From assembly GCF_003019035.1 (NCBI RefSeq), contig NZ_CP027447.1: a DNA stretch of 64,000 nucleotides; one strand, 5' to 3'. The notes beneath the pieces were generated by a model. The model was not told the origin of the DNA. It ran no database searches and worked only from the letters and a program-made list of their open reading frames with translations. This document shows positions 23,256 to 36,508 of the stretch, piece after piece (the stretch's first letter is position 1; every line of letters starts with the position of its first letter). The translations under genes were made by a program, and so were the position numbers. This DNA comes from Escherichia coli. GTDB lineage: Bacteria; Pseudomonadota; Gammaproteobacteria; Enterobacterales; Enterobacteriaceae.

Positions 23256-23371
23256 CCTATCCTTCACAGCGCCTTATTAATTCATAGAGATAATATTTAC
23301 TGCCATTTCATTCACGTCTATTCTTAATTTGCTGCTTTAAAAACAAGTGATTGAGCAAAATTGAGGCAAAA

Positions 23372-23737
23372 ATGGACTGGTATCTGAAAGTACTAAAAAA
23401 TTATGTCGGTTTCCGGGGTCGTGCGCGGCGCAAAGAGTACTGGATGTTTATTCTGGTCAACATCATCTTTACGTTCGTGCTGGGGCTACTGGATAAAATG
23501 TTAGGCTGGCAACGTGCCGGTGGCGAAGGCATCCTGACGACAATCTACGGTATTCTGGTGTTTTTACCATGGTGGGCAGTTCAGTTCCGCCGCCTGCACG
23601 ACACCGACCGCTCGGCGTGGTGGGCACTGCTGTTCTTAATCCCGTTTATCGGCTGGCTTATTATCATCGTCTTTAACTGTCAGGCGGGTACGCCAGGCGA
23701 AAACCGCTTTGGACCAGATCCGAAACTGGAACAGTAA
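23372..23737 (+). CDS. yhaH: DUF805-family inner membrane protein (YhaH/YhaI family)
   Basis: ORF 23351-23737 trimmed to MDWYLKVLKNYVGF... (121 aa); DUF805-like hydrophobic architecture; assignment to yhaH rather than its paralog yhaI is tentative. Confidence 0.7.
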   Translation: MDWYLKVLKNYVGFRGRARRKEYWMFILVNIIFTFVLGLLDKMLGWQRAGGEGILTTIYGILVFLPWWAVQFRRLHDTDRSAWWALLFLIPFIGWLIIIVFNCQAGTPGENRFGPDPKLEQ

Positions 23738-23773
23738 TAATAATTAAGCACCTTGTAAAAGGTGCTTAATCGA

Positions 23774-24670
23774 TTATTTTCCGCTAAAAAGTTTGGGAAT
23801 TTCCCGCAGACACCAGGATTTCGCTTCCCCCATACTGTCACGACGCCAGGCCATAATAATATCGATCTCGCTGGTCGATTCCGGGCTGACGACACGCAAC
23901 CGCCCTTCCGCAATATCTTTTTCGACCATCGGATACGGCATCGTCGCCACGCCAAGCCCCGCCAGTAATGCCTGACGTTTATCTTCAATCGTGCTCACCG
24001 TTAAGCGCGGCTGTTTGTCCAGCAGCTGTACGGTCAACACCGGGCGCTCACGAGCGGTATCCGCCACCGCAATTCCACGATATTTCACGCGCGTCACTTC
24101 AGATAACGGTTCCGGCTCCTGATGAATCGGGTGATCAGGCGCGGCAACATAGACGTTCATTAAGGTATAGAGTTTGCGCGAGTTGATCTCCGACGAGGAG
24201 CGAAAATGCATATCCGGCGCGATAACAATATCCGCCCGCCCCTGCTCCAGCCGTTCCCACGCCCCTGCCAGCACTTCGGTGATGATTGCCAGTTGGGTAT
24301 TGGCTTTTACCGCCAGTTTGTCGATTAACGGGAAAAAGGCAGGTGTCGGTACCAGCGCTTCGGTCACAATGGTGAGATGCGTTTCCCAACCGCGCGCGAG
24401 AGCTTCCGCATCGGTAGTCAGTTTATCTGCGGCTTCCAGCAAAACGCGCCCTCGCTCCAGCAACATCCTCCCGACATTGGTGAATTTGGTGCGATGGCCC
24501 GAGCGGTCAAACAGCACCACATCCAGCTCTTCTTCCAATTTTTGCATGGTGTAGCTAAGTGCGGAAGGCACGCGTCCCAGCTCATCCGCCGCCGCCGCAA
24601 AACTGCCCCGGCGATCGATCGCATCCATAACCCGTAGTGCTTCCAGCGTTAATGCCCTTTCTTTGGCCAT
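23774..24670 (-). CDS. yhaJ: LysR-family transcriptional regulator YhaJ
   Basis: 298 aa; N-terminal helix-turn-helix (LTLEALRVMDAIDRRGSFAAAADELGRVPSALSYTMQKLEEEL); divergent from yhaK. Confidence 0.85.
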   Translation of the reverse strand: MAKERALTLEALRVMDAIDRRGSFAAAADELGRVPSALSYTMQKLEEELDVVLFDRSGHRTKFTNVGRMLLERGRVLLEAADKLTTDAEALARGWETHLTIVTEALVPTPAFFPLIDKLAVKANTQLAIITEVLAGAWERLEQGRADIVIAPDMHFRSSSEINSRKLYTLMNVYVAAPDHPIHQEPEPLSEVTRVKYRGIAVADTARERPVLTVQLLDKQPRLTVSTIEDKRQALLAGLGVATMPYPMVEKDIAEGRLRVVSPESTSEIDIIMAWRRDSMGEAKSWCLREIPKLFSGK

Positions 24671-24774
24671 TTCGTTCTCATTCAGGAAATTTGAACATAC
24701 CGGGCAGAATATCTGGCTAACAATGTAGCGTCCAGCCCCTTACCATAAAAGGAAGTAAAGAGAGGTCAAGAATT

Positions 24775-25476
24775 ATGATTACTACCCGAACTGCCAGGCA
24801 GTGTGGACAAGCAGACTACGGATGGTTGCAGGCCCGGTATACTTTTTCCTTTGGACACTACTTCGACCCGAAATTGTTAGGCTATGCCTCCCTGCGCGTG
24901 CTTAACCAGGAAGTGCTGGCCCCAGGTGCCGCCTTTCAGCCGCGAACCTATCCCAAAGTCGATATTTTAAATGTGATTCTGGATGGAGAAGCTGAGTATC
25001 GCGACAGCGAAGGCAATCATGTTCAGGCCAGCGCCGGTGAGGTGTTGCTGCTCTCTACCCAGCCGGGTGTCAGCTATAGCGAACACAATCTCAGCAAAGA
25101 CAAATCGTTAACGCGAATGCAACTTTGGCTGGATGCCTGCCCACAACGAGAGAATCCGCTGATTCAAAAACTGGCGCTTAATATGAGCAAGCAGCAATTA
25201 ATCGCCTCGCCAGAAGGTGGGATGGGAAGCCTGCAATTGCGCCAGCAAGTGTGGCTGCACCATATCGTGCTCGACAAAGGCGAAAGTGCGAATTTCCAGT
25301 TGCATGGGCCACGCGCGTATTTGCAATCGATTCACGGGAAATTTCATGCGCTTACGCATCATGAAGAGAAAGCGGCGCTGACCTGCGGTGATGGGGCGTT
25401 TATTCGTGACGAGGCTAACATTACGCTGGTTGCCGATTCCCCACTGCGCGCTTTGCTGATAGATTTGCCTGTCTAG
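24775..25476 (+). CDS. yhaK: pirin-like bicupin protein YhaK
   Basis: 233 aa; recognised sequence; synteny. Confidence 0.85.
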   Translation: MITTRTARQCGQADYGWLQARYTFSFGHYFDPKLLGYASLRVLNQEVLAPGAAFQPRTYPKVDILNVILDGEAEYRDSEGNHVQASAGEVLLLSTQPGVSYSEHNLSKDKSLTRMQLWLDACPQRENPLIQKLALNMSKQQLIASPEGGMGSLQLRQQVWLHHIVLDKGESANFQLHGPRAYLQSIHGKFHALTHHEEKAALTCGDGAFIRDEANITLVADSPLRALLIDLPV

Positions 25477-25498
25477 TTGTTTTTACAGGGAGATGATG

Positions 25499-25663
25499 AT
25501 GAGTAAAAAATCGGCCAAAAAGCGTCAGCCAGTGAAGCCCGTGGTGGCGAAAGAACCTTCTCGCACCGCCAAAAATTTTGGCTATGAAGAGATGTTGAGC
25601 GAGCTGGAAGCCATCGTCGCGGATGCTGAAACGCGTTTAGCCGAGGATGAAGCTACCGCGTAA
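25499..25663 (+). CDS. yhaL: small protein YhaL (54 aa)
   Basis: Short ORF below the track cutoff: MSKKSAKKRQPVKPVVAKEPSRTAKNFGYEEMLSELEAIVADAETRLAEDEATA; three in-frame ATGs at 25493-25501, start ambiguous. Confidence 0.6.
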   Translation: MSKKSAKKRQPVKPVVAKEPSRTAKNFGYEEMLSELEAIVADAETRLAEDEATA

Positions 25664-25669
25664 AGACAA

Positions 25670-25704
25670 GTGCCGGATGTGGCGTAAACGCCTTATCCGG
25701 CACG
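25670..25704. repeat. REP element
   Basis: gccggatgtggcgtaaacgccttatccggca. Confidence 0.65.
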
Positions 25705-25722
25705 ATACCCAAAACCTGGCGT

Positions 25723-27033
25723 TTATCTGGCCTTGCTCGCCATAATCTCGATAATCTGCCGATCCGTTTGCTGCATCGAATGGCTTGCTAACGCACACAG
25801 GTTGGCAATCGACTGCTCAACATCATGCGCCACAATCCCTTCATTGCCGGTCACTGCGGTATCATCCAGCGCCATTAACACCGCTTTCCACGCAGCCGAA
25901 GCACTGGTCGAAACCTTCATCGCGCAGCTGTTCGACGCTCCATCGCAAATCATGCCGCTGACATCGCCGATCATACTGCTGATCGCCATCGAAATGGTTT
26001 CATAACGCCCATCCACCAGCCATGCCATCCCGGCGGCGGCCCCCATTGCTGCGGTCGTTGCGGCACAAAGCGCAGACAAACGCGGTAACTGGTTATGGAT
26101 GTAAATCGCGCTCAAATGCGAAAGCATCAGCGCACGCGCCAGCCGTTCATCATCGGCCCCGAAGTGTTCTGCTACCACCACCACAGGCATTGTTGCGGTG
26201 ATCCCCTGGTTACCCGAGCCGGAGTTACTCATTGCCGGAAGCGTAGCGCCGCCCATACGCGCATCGGATGCCGCGCTGGTACGAATCACAATGGATGAAG
26301 AGAGATCTTTCGCCAGCAAGCCGCGCGCGCACTGTTTTTCCAGCGTCGCGCCAATATGCAGCCCCCAGTTACCGCTCAAGCCTTCCTGCGATAACGCGCA
26401 ATTTAACTTCGCGGAATCGAGAATAAAGCGGATCGCCGCAAACGGGACTTCATTGACGAACTTCAGGATCTCAGCCAGCGTCGTCCTGGAAAGCACCGTC
26501 AGCGGCGACTCTTGCTCGCCCTCTGTCACACACGCCTGCTGGGTAAACACCACACCATTGTGCGTCTCAATATGCACAATGTTGGTATGCCCGCCGACGA
26601 TGGTGACACACGCCCACTTCTCACCGTTCCAGACTTTGGCGCGTGAGAAGAGGATTTCATCGCAAGGTTCCTGGATCTTAACTGAGACTTTCCCCGCCGC
26701 CAGCAGTGCTTTGGCATCGGCAATTGCCTGCGCAGTTGCGTCTTTCAGCACTTCCAGCCCGGCGTTAGCATTTCCACCTAACGCCCCAAGCGCCGCCGCA
26801 ATCGGCAGCCCCACCATTCCCGTGCCGGGAACGGTGACGCCCAGACCGTTCTTCATCAGATTTGGCGAAACCCAGGCTTCTACACGTTCAACCGGACCTT
26901 CCAGTTCTGCCGCAGCAACCGCCGCCGCCAGCGCCAGTGAAATCGGTTCAGTACATCCCAGCGCCGGTTTTACTTCCTCCTGAACGGCGAGGATGTAACG
27001 CTGCCATAACGGATTTAAAGTCGAATCAAACAT
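25723..27033 (-). CDS. cyuA: L-cysteine desulfidase CyuA (YhaM)
   Basis: 436 aa ORF; recognised as YhaM/CyuA (UPF0597); forms an operon with cyuP. Confidence 0.85.
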   Translation of the reverse strand: MFDSTLNPLWQRYILAVQEEVKPALGCTEPISLALAAAVAAAELEGPVERVEAWVSPNLMKNGLGVTVPGTGMVGLPIAAALGALGGNANAGLEVLKDATAQAIADAKALLAAGKVSVKIQEPCDEILFSRAKVWNGEKWACVTIVGGHTNIVHIETHNGVVFTQQACVTEGEQESPLTVLSRTTLAEILKFVNEVPFAAIRFILDSAKLNCALSQEGLSGNWGLHIGATLEKQCARGLLAKDLSSSIVIRTSAASDARMGGATLPAMSNSGSGNQGITATMPVVVVAEHFGADDERLARALMLSHLSAIYIHNQLPRLSALCAATTAAMGAAAGMAWLVDGRYETISMAISSMIGDVSGMICDGASNSCAMKVSTSASAAWKAVLMALDDTAVTGNEGIVAHDVEQSIANLCALASHSMQQTDRQIIEIMASKAR

Positions 27034-27060
27034 ATTAAAAACCTTAAAATTTCAGGTAAA

Positions 27061-28392
27061 TCAAGAAAATGCCAGGAACGGAGAAACACAAAGCAACAAA
27101 CCAGTGACGATAATCAGGTACAGAGACATCCCTTTGTATTTGTGCAATGCCGGTACTTTGTAAACCAGCCACGCCGGGATCAGGCACCCTACCATGCCGA
27201 AAATCGGGCTACAGATAGAGGTGAAGCTCAACACCGGTGCGTTCAGTACGATGGCGCTCCAGGCCAGCAAAATGGCGAAAATCATGATGCCGCGCTGAAC
27301 GAGATTTTCGTTAATCTTCTCGGCAGGCATCTTGCGACGCAGGATGTTCATTACGATCCCTTGCGTTGCTTCGCGAAAGCCTAAATAGACGCCAAAAAAC
27401 GCGGTCATTACTGCAAAGATATTGAGAATGACGCTGACCACTTTCACCCACGCTGCGCCGTCACCGCTAATAAACTGCGCCGCAATTGCCAGCGCGGAAA
27501 TATTCTGCTCGTAGGCTTTTACCGCTTCGTCATGTCCCATCGCCAGCGTGAACGACACGGCGTAGAAAAAGACGGTGACAAACAAAATACCAAAAGCGAT
27601 ATTCATTGCCCGCAATGCTTTATGCCGCGCCACTTCAATCGATTTTTCCCGCGAGCGATAAGAGATCACCATCGGGCTTAACGTCTGGATAAACAGAATC
27701 GACGTCAGGGTAAACGGCAGCGTAATAATGGCGTTTTTCACCAGCAGCCCCAGCGGCGGTAGCGAACCGACGTTATACAGATGCCACATTCCCACCATCG
27801 ACACGCCCAGCGCCGCGACCACCAGCAGCTTGGTCAGCACCATGCCGGTCGAAATTTTGAATAACAATTTCTCGCCGCGTGAAGAGATCGCCACCAGAAT
27901 GCAAATCAGTACCAGACCATAAAAGGGACTGTCTGACAGCAACCCTTCCGTCACGCCGAAGGTATGCAGGTAGGAAGCACTATCGTTGGTGATGGCGGTG
28001 GAATAGACGAACATCCAAATCACCAGCATTACGAAATAGAGTGCACCTAACAGGATGCCCCAGTTTTTACCTAAATAACCGCTAATGACGCTCGGGTAAT
28101 CTTTACATTCTGGTGATTCTGCCAGCGTATTAATAAACAACCGCTGAAACAGATACATTGCCGGGTAACCAATCACCGATGAGAGCAAAAATACCCACAA
28201 CCCCATCAAACCGACCTGCACCGGGAGAAAAACAATCCCCGCGCCAATCGCCATCCCGATACTCATAATCACCCAGCCGGTGTCAGTACTGTCGAATTTG
28301 ATCGCTTCTCGCCACTCGCTCTCACTCATTCCAGCACGACCCGCCGGGGTCGAAGCGTCTGCAATGACGCCTTTATTCGATGCAATTTCCAT
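27061..28392 (-). CDS. cyuP: cysteine (serine-family) transporter CyuP (YhaO)
   Basis: 443 aa polytopic membrane ORF; upstream of cyuA. Confidence 0.85.
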   Translation of the reverse strand: MEIASNKGVIADASTPAGRAGMSESEWREAIKFDSTDTGWVIMSIGMAIGAGIVFLPVQVGLMGLWVFLLSSVIGYPAMYLFQRLFINTLAESPECKDYPSVISGYLGKNWGILLGALYFVMLVIWMFVYSTAITNDSASYLHTFGVTEGLLSDSPFYGLVLICILVAISSRGEKLLFKISTGMVLTKLLVVAALGVSMVGMWHLYNVGSLPPLGLLVKNAIITLPFTLTSILFIQTLSPMVISYRSREKSIEVARHKALRAMNIAFGILFVTVFFYAVSFTLAMGHDEAVKAYEQNISALAIAAQFISGDGAAWVKVVSVILNIFAVMTAFFGVYLGFREATQGIVMNILRRKMPAEKINENLVQRGIMIFAILLAWSAIVLNAPVLSFTSICSPIFGMVGCLIPAWLVYKVPALHKYKGMSLYLIIVTGLLLCVSPFLAFS

Positions 28393-28611
28393 AATTTCTC
28401 GCTCAATATTTTGTAGGGCTTATTATTTTTTTCCGAGCCGCATCAAGGCGATATGCGGTCTACGTTTTTGCAGGCGAGTTATTAGAATAAAGAAATGATA
28501 CGCGCGAGGTCAGAGAAAATCTTCACAATCAAGACTTTGAAATAACGGAGATGGATAAGAATTTTCTACTAAATTAATCGCAAGAGAATATTCATTCTCT
28601 ATTTGCGGCAG

Positions 28612-28642
28612 ATCACAAAAAAAAGGTGCACATTTGTGCACC
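28612..28642 (-). terminator. intrinsic terminator downstream of tdcG
   Basis: On the minus strand, hairpin gggtgcacaaatgtgcacc followed by tttttttt. Confidence 0.65.
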
Positions 28643-28666
28643 CAAGGATGAAAGCTGACAGCAATG

Positions 28667-30031
28667 TCAGCCACAGACCACTTTAATAGCCAGTCCTCCG
28701 CGTGATGTTTCGCGGTATTTATCGTTCATATCTTTGCCGGTTTCATACATCGTCTCGATCACTTTATCGAGTGAAACACGCGGTGCCGAGGTGCGGCGCA
28801 TCGCCATCCGCGCGGCGTTTACTGCTTTCACGGCATTAATGGCATTACGTTCAATGCACGGGATTTGTACCTGTCCGGCAACCGGATCGCAGGTCAGCCC
28901 AAGGTTATGCTCCATCGCGATTTCCGCCGCATTGCACACCTGCGCCGGACTGCCGCCCAGTAGTTCAGTTAACCCTGCCGCCGCCATTGAACAGGCCACG
29001 CCAATCTCCCCCTGACAGCCGACTTCCGCGCCAGAGATGGAGGCGTTCATTTTATACAGCGCGCCAATAGCCCCCGCAGCCAGAAAATAGCGGGCAATTG
29101 ACCGCTCGTTTACCGGACGACGGAACTTATCGTAATAAGCCAGCACTGCCGGAATAATGCCGCACGCACCGTTAGTCGGTGCCGTTACCACGCGCCCGCC
29201 AGCTGCGTTTTCTTCACTAACCGCCAGCGCGTACATGTTGATCCAGTCGATGACATTCATCGGATCGTTAGAGATGTTATCGCTGGAAACCAGCTGACGA
29301 CGCAGCGCTACGGCACGGCGCGGCACATTGAGCGGACCAGGCAGCACGCCTTCAGTGTTCATCCCGCGTTCAATACCGTCATGCATCACTTGCCAGATAC
29401 GGGCAAACCCGGCATCAATTTCCGCTTTACTGCGCAGCGCCAGCTCGTTGTGCATCATCAGGCCAGAAATAGACAGGCCGTTGTAATCACACATTTTCAG
29501 CAGTTCACCTGCTGAGTGGAAATCGTAAGGTACGGACGTTTCGACATCGTGCGACAGGCCGAAGTGTTCTTCTTCGACAATAAACCCGCCGCCGACAGAG
29601 TAATAGGTTTTGCTTAATAGATCTTCCTGTCCCTTCCAGGCAGTGATCCGCATTCCGTTCTCATGGCGAGGCAACATTTCGGGATGGAAGATAATGTTCT
29701 TTGCTACAGGAAAATCAACAATATGCGCGCCAGAAGCCACCGGCAACCGCCCGCTGCGCGTCACTAACTCTATAAATGCAGGGATCTCATCAATGACAAC
29801 ATCCTGCGGACTGTTTCCTGCCAGTCCCATGATGATGGCGACATCCGTGGCATGGCCTTTGCCCGTCAGTGACAACGACCCGTACAGATCGACCACAATA
29901 TGGCTCGTCGCGGTTAATAAGCCGCTACTTTCCAGCCGATCAATAAAACTTTTTCCGGCATTCATTGGCCCCACTGTATGCGAACTGGAGGGACCAATCC
30001 CAATTTTGAAAATATCGAATGCACTAATCAT
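28667..30031 (-). CDS. tdcG: L-serine dehydratase TdcG
   Basis: ORF 28667-30037 trimmed to [23 protein letters not shown]... (454 aa). Confidence 0.88.
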   Translation of the reverse strand: MISAFDIFKIGIGPSSSHTVGPMNAGKSFIDRLESSGLLTATSHIVVDLYGSLSLTGKGHATDVAIIMGLAGNSPQDVVIDEIPAFIELVTRSGRLPVASGAHIVDFPVAKNIIFHPEMLPRHENGMRITAWKGQEDLLSKTYYSVGGGFIVEEEHFGLSHDVETSVPYDFHSAGELLKMCDYNGLSISGLMMHNELALRSKAEIDAGFARIWQVMHDGIERGMNTEGVLPGPLNVPRRAVALRRQLVSSDNISNDPMNVIDWINMYALAVSEENAAGGRVVTAPTNGACGIIPAVLAYYDKFRRPVNERSIARYFLAAGAIGALYKMNASISGAEVGCQGEIGVACSMAAAGLTELLGGSPAQVCNAAEIAMEHNLGLTCDPVAGQVQIPCIERNAINAVKAVNAARMAMRRTSAPRVSLDKVIETMYETGKDMNDKYRETSRGGLAIKVVCG

Positions 30032-30102
30032 ATCCACACCCTCGGATTGCCGTTCAGTAAAGTGGAGCGGAACGACCTTGCGACCGTCCCGCTCACGAGG
30101 CC

Positions 30103-30492
30103 TTACGCACTACGTACTGCGATGGCTTCAATTTCCAACTTCACATCTTTCGGCAAACGCGCGACCTGCACACAGCTCCGGGTCGGGTAGGTCGCCTGAT
30201 GTTCATCGAAGAACTGCTTATAGACTTCATTGATGGTGGCAAAATCATTCAGATCGGTGATGAACACGGTCATCTTGATGATATCGCCCACACTCAGCCC
30301 GGCAGCAACCACGATCGCTTTGACGTTTTCGAGGCTTAAACGCGCCTGATCTTGCACATCAGCCGGGATCTCACCGGTCTGTGGGCAAACCGGAATTTGC
30401 CCGGAGGTGAAGACCATGCTGCCTAAATCAACGCCCTGAACATAAGGGCCGATTGCGCCTGGGGCACGTTGCGTTTCGATAATCTTTTTCAT
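30103..30492 (-). CDS. tdcF: RidA-family enamine/imine deaminase TdcF
   Basis: ORF trimmed to MKKIIETQRAPGAIGPYVQG... (129 aa). Confidence 0.88.
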   Translation of the reverse strand: MKKIIETQRAPGAIGPYVQGVDLGSMVFTSGQIPVCPQTGEIPADVQDQARLSLENVKAIVVAAGLSVGDIIKMTVFITDLNDFATINEVYKQFFDEHQATYPTRSCVQVARLPKDVKLEIEAIAVRSA

Positions 30493-30505
30493 ACATCCTC
30501 CGGCG

Positions 30506-32800
30506 TCAGAGCGCCTGGGTAAAGGTACGTGAAATAACATCCTGTTGCTGTTCACGGGTCAGTGCGTTAAAGCGCACGGCGTAGCCAGAGACACGGATTG
30601 TCAGGTTAGGATATTTTTCCGGGTGCTCGATGGCATCCAGCAGCATTTCCCGATTCATTACGTTGACGTTGAGGTGTTGACCGCCTTCGACATCCGCTTC
30701 GTGGTGGAAATACCCATCCAGCAGGCCGACAAGGTTCGTTTTACGTATCGGATCTTCTTTGCCCAGCGCCGCAGGGACGATGGAGAAGGTGTACGAGATC
30801 CCGTCTTTGGCGTAGGTGAACGGCAGTTTCGCCACCGACGTCAATGAGGCCACGGCGCCTTTGCGATCACGACCGTGCATCGGGTTAGCGCCCGGCGCGA
30901 ACGGTGTTCCGGCGCGGCGACCGTCCGGCGTGTTCCCGGTTTTCTGACCGTACACCACGTTAGAGGTGATAGTCAGAATCGATTGGGTCGGCACAGCATT
31001 GCGATAGGTTGGCAAAGCTTTAATTTTCTTCATAAAGCGTTCAACCAGATCGCAGGCAATGCTGTCTACGCGCTCGTCGTTGTTGCCATACTGCGGATAT
31101 TCGCCGTCAATCTCGAAATCCACCGCCAGGCCGTTTTCATCACGGATTGGTTTCACACGAGCATATTTGATGGCAGACAGGGAGTCCGTTGCCACCGACA
31201 GGCCCGCGATGCCGCACGCCATGGTGCGATAGACATCACGATCATGTAGCGCCATCAGCGAAGCTTCGTAGCTGTACTTGTCGTGCATGTAGTGAATGAT
31301 ATTCAGCGCGCTGATGTACTGTACCGCCAGCCAGTCCATGAAGTGGTCGAGGCTATCCATCACTTTGTCGTAGTCCAGCACGTCATCCATCAACGGAGCC
31401 GTTTTCGGGCCAACCTGAATCTTCAGCTTCTCGTCCATTCCGCCGTTGATTGCGTACAGTAGCGTTTTCGCCAGGTTAGCGCGTGCACCAAAGAACTGCA
31501 TTTGCTTACCAATCACCATTGGGCTGACGCAACAGGCAATCGCGTAATCGTCGCTATTGAAGTCAGTACGCATCAGATCGTCGTTTTCATACTGCAAAGA
31601 GGATGTGACGATAGACACCTGCGCGGCATATTTTTTGAAGGCAATCGGCAAGGCTTCCGACCACAGAATGGTCAGGTTAGGTTCCGGTGCAGGCCCCATA
31701 GTGTGCAGGGTGTGCAAATAGCGGAAGGAGTTTTTGGTCACCAGGGTTCGACCGTCCAGCCCCATCCCGCCGATCACTTCCGTCGCCCAGATCGGGTCGC
31801 CGGAGAACAGCGAATCAAATTCCGGCGTACGCAAGAAGCGCACCATACGGATCTTCATGATGAAGTGGTCGATCAGTTCCTGTGCCTGCTGCTCATTGAG
31901 TACGCCTGCTTTAAAGTCGCGCTCAATGTAGATATCGAGGAACGATGCCGTGCGCCCCAGCGACATCGCGCCGCCATTTTGCGATTTCACTGCCGCCAGG
32001 TAAGCGAAGTAGAGCCACTGCACCGCTTCCTGTGCATTCTGCGCCGGACGGGAGATGTCAAAACCGTATTTCGCCGCCATTTCTTGAATCTGCAACAGCG
32101 CACGACGATGTTCCGCCAGCTCCTCACGCAGACGGATCGTAGCTTCGAGATCTTCGCCTTTTTCCAGACGGGACTGGAGATCGGCAAACTGCAGTTCGCG
32201 TTCACGTACCAGATAACTGATGCCGTACAGCGCCACGCGGCGGTAGTCACCGATGATACGCCCACGACCATAACCATCTGGTAAACCGGTCAGTACACCA
32301 GATTTACGGCAGCGCAGCATATCCGGTGAGTAAACATCAAATACGCCCTGGTTATGGGTTTTACGCAGATCGGTAAAGATGTATTCAAATTCGCTATCCA
32401 TTTCACGACCATACGCGTGGAATGAACTTCTAATCATATTAATGCCGCCGAACGGATGCAGCGCACGCTTTAATGGCGCATCCGTTTGCAGACCCACTAT
32501 TTTTTCCAGCGGCTGGTCAATATATCCTGCATCATGAGCGGTAATTGTGGTGGCAATATTGGTATCGAAATCCAATGGCGCGTGAGTCGCATTTTCGATA
32601 CGGATGCCTTCCATGACTTTTTCCCACAATTCCGTGGTGGCAGGCGTCGCTTCGGCGAGAAAAGATTCATCGCCTTCATACGGTGTATAGTTATGTTGAA
32701 TAAAATCGCGGACATTAATTTCGTTTTTCCAGTCCGTACCTTTAAAGCCAAGCCATGCGTCGGCGTACAGCTTATCGCTGGTATCAATATCTACCTTCAT
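30506..32800 (-). CDS. tdcE: 2-ketobutyrate/pyruvate formate-lyase TdcE (glycyl radical enzyme)
   Basis: 764 aa; glycyl-radical C-terminal motif (...[19 protein letters not shown]). Confidence 0.9.
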   Translation of the reverse strand: MKVDIDTSDKLYADAWLGFKGTDWKNEINVRDFIQHNYTPYEGDESFLAEATPATTELWEKVMEGIRIENATHAPLDFDTNIATTITAHDAGYIDQPLEKIVGLQTDAPLKRALHPFGGINMIRSSFHAYGREMDSEFEYIFTDLRKTHNQGVFDVYSPDMLRCRKSGVLTGLPDGYGRGRIIGDYRRVALYGISYLVRERELQFADLQSRLEKGEDLEATIRLREELAEHRRALLQIQEMAAKYGFDISRPAQNAQEAVQWLYFAYLAAVKSQNGGAMSLGRTASFLDIYIERDFKAGVLNEQQAQELIDHFIMKIRMVRFLRTPEFDSLFSGDPIWATEVIGGMGLDGRTLVTKNSFRYLHTLHTMGPAPEPNLTILWSEALPIAFKKYAAQVSIVTSSLQYENDDLMRTDFNSDDYAIACCVSPMVIGKQMQFFGARANLAKTLLYAINGGMDEKLKIQVGPKTAPLMDDVLDYDKVMDSLDHFMDWLAVQYISALNIIHYMHDKYSYEASLMALHDRDVYRTMACGIAGLSVATDSLSAIKYARVKPIRDENGLAVDFEIDGEYPQYGNNDERVDSIACDLVERFMKKIKALPTYRNAVPTQSILTITSNVVYGQKTGNTPDGRRAGTPFAPGANPMHGRDRKGAVASLTSVAKLPFTYAKDGISYTFSIVPAALGKEDPIRKTNLVGLLDGYFHHEADVEGGQHLNVNVMNREMLLDAIEHPEKYPNLTIRVSGYAVRFNALTREQQQDVISRTFTQAL

Positions 32801-32833
32801 GAAAAATAATCTCTCTACAATACTTCAACTAAA

Positions 32834-34042
32834 TTATGCAAATTCTGCGGGCGCGTTAACTTTGCCTAAATGAATGGCATCCAAAGCAATCATTTTTTCT
32901 TCGTTAGTCGGAATAACGGCGCAAATGACACGCGCATTTTCACTGGAAACAATTCGCTCTCCACAGGAGTTAGAGCGATTATTCATTTCTGTATCAATCT
33001 CTACGCCTAATACAGCCAAATGTTCCATGACCAGACGACGAATTAAACTTGAATTCTCTCCTATTCCGCCGGTGAATATAATTCCATCCAGGCGACGTAA
33101 TGAAGCTGCGTGTCCGGCAATATGACGGGCAATTCGGTGAACAAAGGTTTTAATTGCCAGTTGCGCGCGTTCGTGACCTTCATGCCAGGCTTTTTCCAGA
33201 ACACGTAAATCCGAAGAAAGACCGGAAATACCTAATAATCCCGACTCTTTATTCACTACGCGTTCCAGGTCACCCAGGCTCTGGTTGGTTTGGCTGGCGA
33301 CCCAGGACATCGCACCAAAGTCGACATCGCCACTGCGGGTACCCATCATCAAGCCTTCCAGCGGCGTCATTCCCATTGAGGTATCAACACTCTGACCGTT
33401 GCGAACTGCGCAGATTGACGCGCCATTGCCAAGATGCGCCACAACCAGGCCGGAGTCATCTTCCGCCAGATTCAGCAAAGAATGTGCGCGCTGGGAAACA
33501 TAGCGGTGCGACGTGCCGTGGAAACCATAACGACGTACACCTAACTCTTCATAATATTTCCACGGCAGGCCGTATAAATAAGCTTCCGGAGCCATCGTCT
33601 GGTGGAAACTGGTATCAAATACCGCCACCTGAGTTACGCCCGGAAATAATTGCTGCGCCGATTCAATACCGCTTAAATTGGCGTAATTATGCAGGGGTGC
33701 CAGTGGAGAAACGCGACGGATATTATCAATGACTTCATCGGTAATAATGGCGGACTCGGTAAAAATACTGCCGCCGTGAGCGATGCGGTGGCCAATTAAG
33801 GCCACACTGTCATTTAAATTCCGTTTTTCCAGTTCAAATGCAATTGCCTTCAATGCACCTTCGTAGCTGTGGTGAGCCAGCGGTGCTGGCTCTCCCCCAT
33901 TTACGGATAAGAATGCATTTTCCGAGTTAATACCGTCGGCAATACCTGACATTAATACTTCACAGTCGCTGGCATCGAGTACGGAAAACTTAATCGAAGA
34001 CGAACCACAGTTAATAACCAAAACAACCGGAAATTCATTCAT
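32834..34042 (-). CDS. tdcD: propionate/acetate kinase TdcD
   Basis: ORF trimmed to [21 protein letters not shown]... (402 aa); acetate-kinase family N-terminus. Confidence 0.88.
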   Translation of the reverse strand: MNEFPVVLVINCGSSSIKFSVLDASDCEVLMSGIADGINSENAFLSVNGGEPAPLAHHSYEGALKAIAFELEKRNLNDSVALIGHRIAHGGSIFTESAIITDEVIDNIRRVSPLAPLHNYANLSGIESAQQLFPGVTQVAVFDTSFHQTMAPEAYLYGLPWKYYEELGVRRYGFHGTSHRYVSQRAHSLLNLAEDDSGLVVAHLGNGASICAVRNGQSVDTSMGMTPLEGLMMGTRSGDVDFGAMSWVASQTNQSLGDLERVVNKESGLLGISGLSSDLRVLEKAWHEGHERAQLAIKTFVHRIARHIAGHAASLRRLDGIIFTGGIGENSSLIRRLVMEHLAVLGVEIDTEMNNRSNSCGERIVSSENARVICAVIPTNEEKMIALDAIHLGKVNAPAEFA

Positions 34043-34067
34043 CTCTTTTCTCATCCTGAGTTACGGA

Positions 34068-35402
<1,335 letters not shown>

Positions 35403-35420
35403 CTATCCTCAACGAATTAA

Positions 35421-36410
35421 TTAAGCGTCAACGAAACCGGTGATTTGAGAGACGCGAGAAAGATCGATATTGCCGCCGGAAATAATACTGACGGTTTTTC
35501 TGTTTTGAATATATTGGTCTAATTTACCGCTTAATAATGCAGCACATGCCAGAGCGCCTGCGCCTTCGGTGACGACTTTATTGCGCTGAATTAAGGCAAT
35601 CATACTGTTTCTGATTTCGTCTTCGCTGACCAGCACGATGTCATCGACTAATTCACGAACGATTTCGTAAGTTAAATTACCCGGGCGGGAGACATCACAA
35701 CCATCCGCCAGGGTGCCGGTAGTTCGGTGCGTGGTTATTTCTCCGGAGTGGAAAGAAGCCGCCATGCCGTGAACGTTTTCAGACTGTACGCCAATAACAC
35801 GAATGGTCGGGTTAATAGATTTAATTGCCACCGCAATACCAGCAATTAAACCGCCACCACCAATTGGCACAATCACGTTATCGACATCATAGAGATCTTC
35901 CATAATTTCCAGACCAATCGTTCCCTGACCGGCAATCACTTTCGGATCATCGTAAGGTGGGATAAAAATACGGCCTTCCATTTCGACAATTTCGCTCACT
36001 TTAGCGATAGTGTCGTTGAAGTTATCACCATGCAGAACGACTTCTGCGGAGTAGTCGCACGTTGCCGCTACTTTGGATTTTGGTGCACCTTTTGGCATCA
36101 CCACTTTACCGTCGATGCCCAGCATCGCGCAGGAGAGCGAAACCCCTTGCGCATGGTTGCCCGCAGAGCAGGCCACTACACCTTTACGTTTTTCCGCATC
36201 GGTCAGTGAACTTAATTTATTAAATGCGCCACGAATTTTAAATGAACCGGTACGCTGCATGTTTTCGAATTTGAGGAATATTTCACCTTTGCAACGTTCA
36301 CTAAAATAGTTGGAGCGAGGCATGCCTGTTTTATAAATTCGCCCAGCCAGTCGTTGTTTTGCTTCAATGATGTCATCAATAGCAACCGGGAGATCGTATG
36401 TAATATGCAT
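35421..36410 (-). CDS. tdcB: catabolic threonine dehydratase TdcB (PLP-dependent)
   Basis: 329 aa; PLP lysine motif region (SFKIRGA). Confidence 0.9.
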
Positions 36411-36508
36411 TATAAAACCTCTTAGCCTGAATTAAATATGTAGGTAACTGTAACCGACACCTGCAAAACAGACAGGTGGATTATTTATGTTTAAATAAAA
36501 ACAAATAA

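Noticed and set aside
26198-26983. 261 aa plus-strand ORF antisense to cyuA (yhaM)
   Set aside because: Antisense to a confidently assigned gene; Ser/Pro/Ala-rich low-complexity translation; no independent promoter space
31502-32284. 260 aa plus-strand ORF antisense to tdcE
   Set aside because: Embedded in the conserved glycyl-radical enzyme gene; composition (R/H/Q-rich) and lack of its own intergenic space indicate a spurious frame
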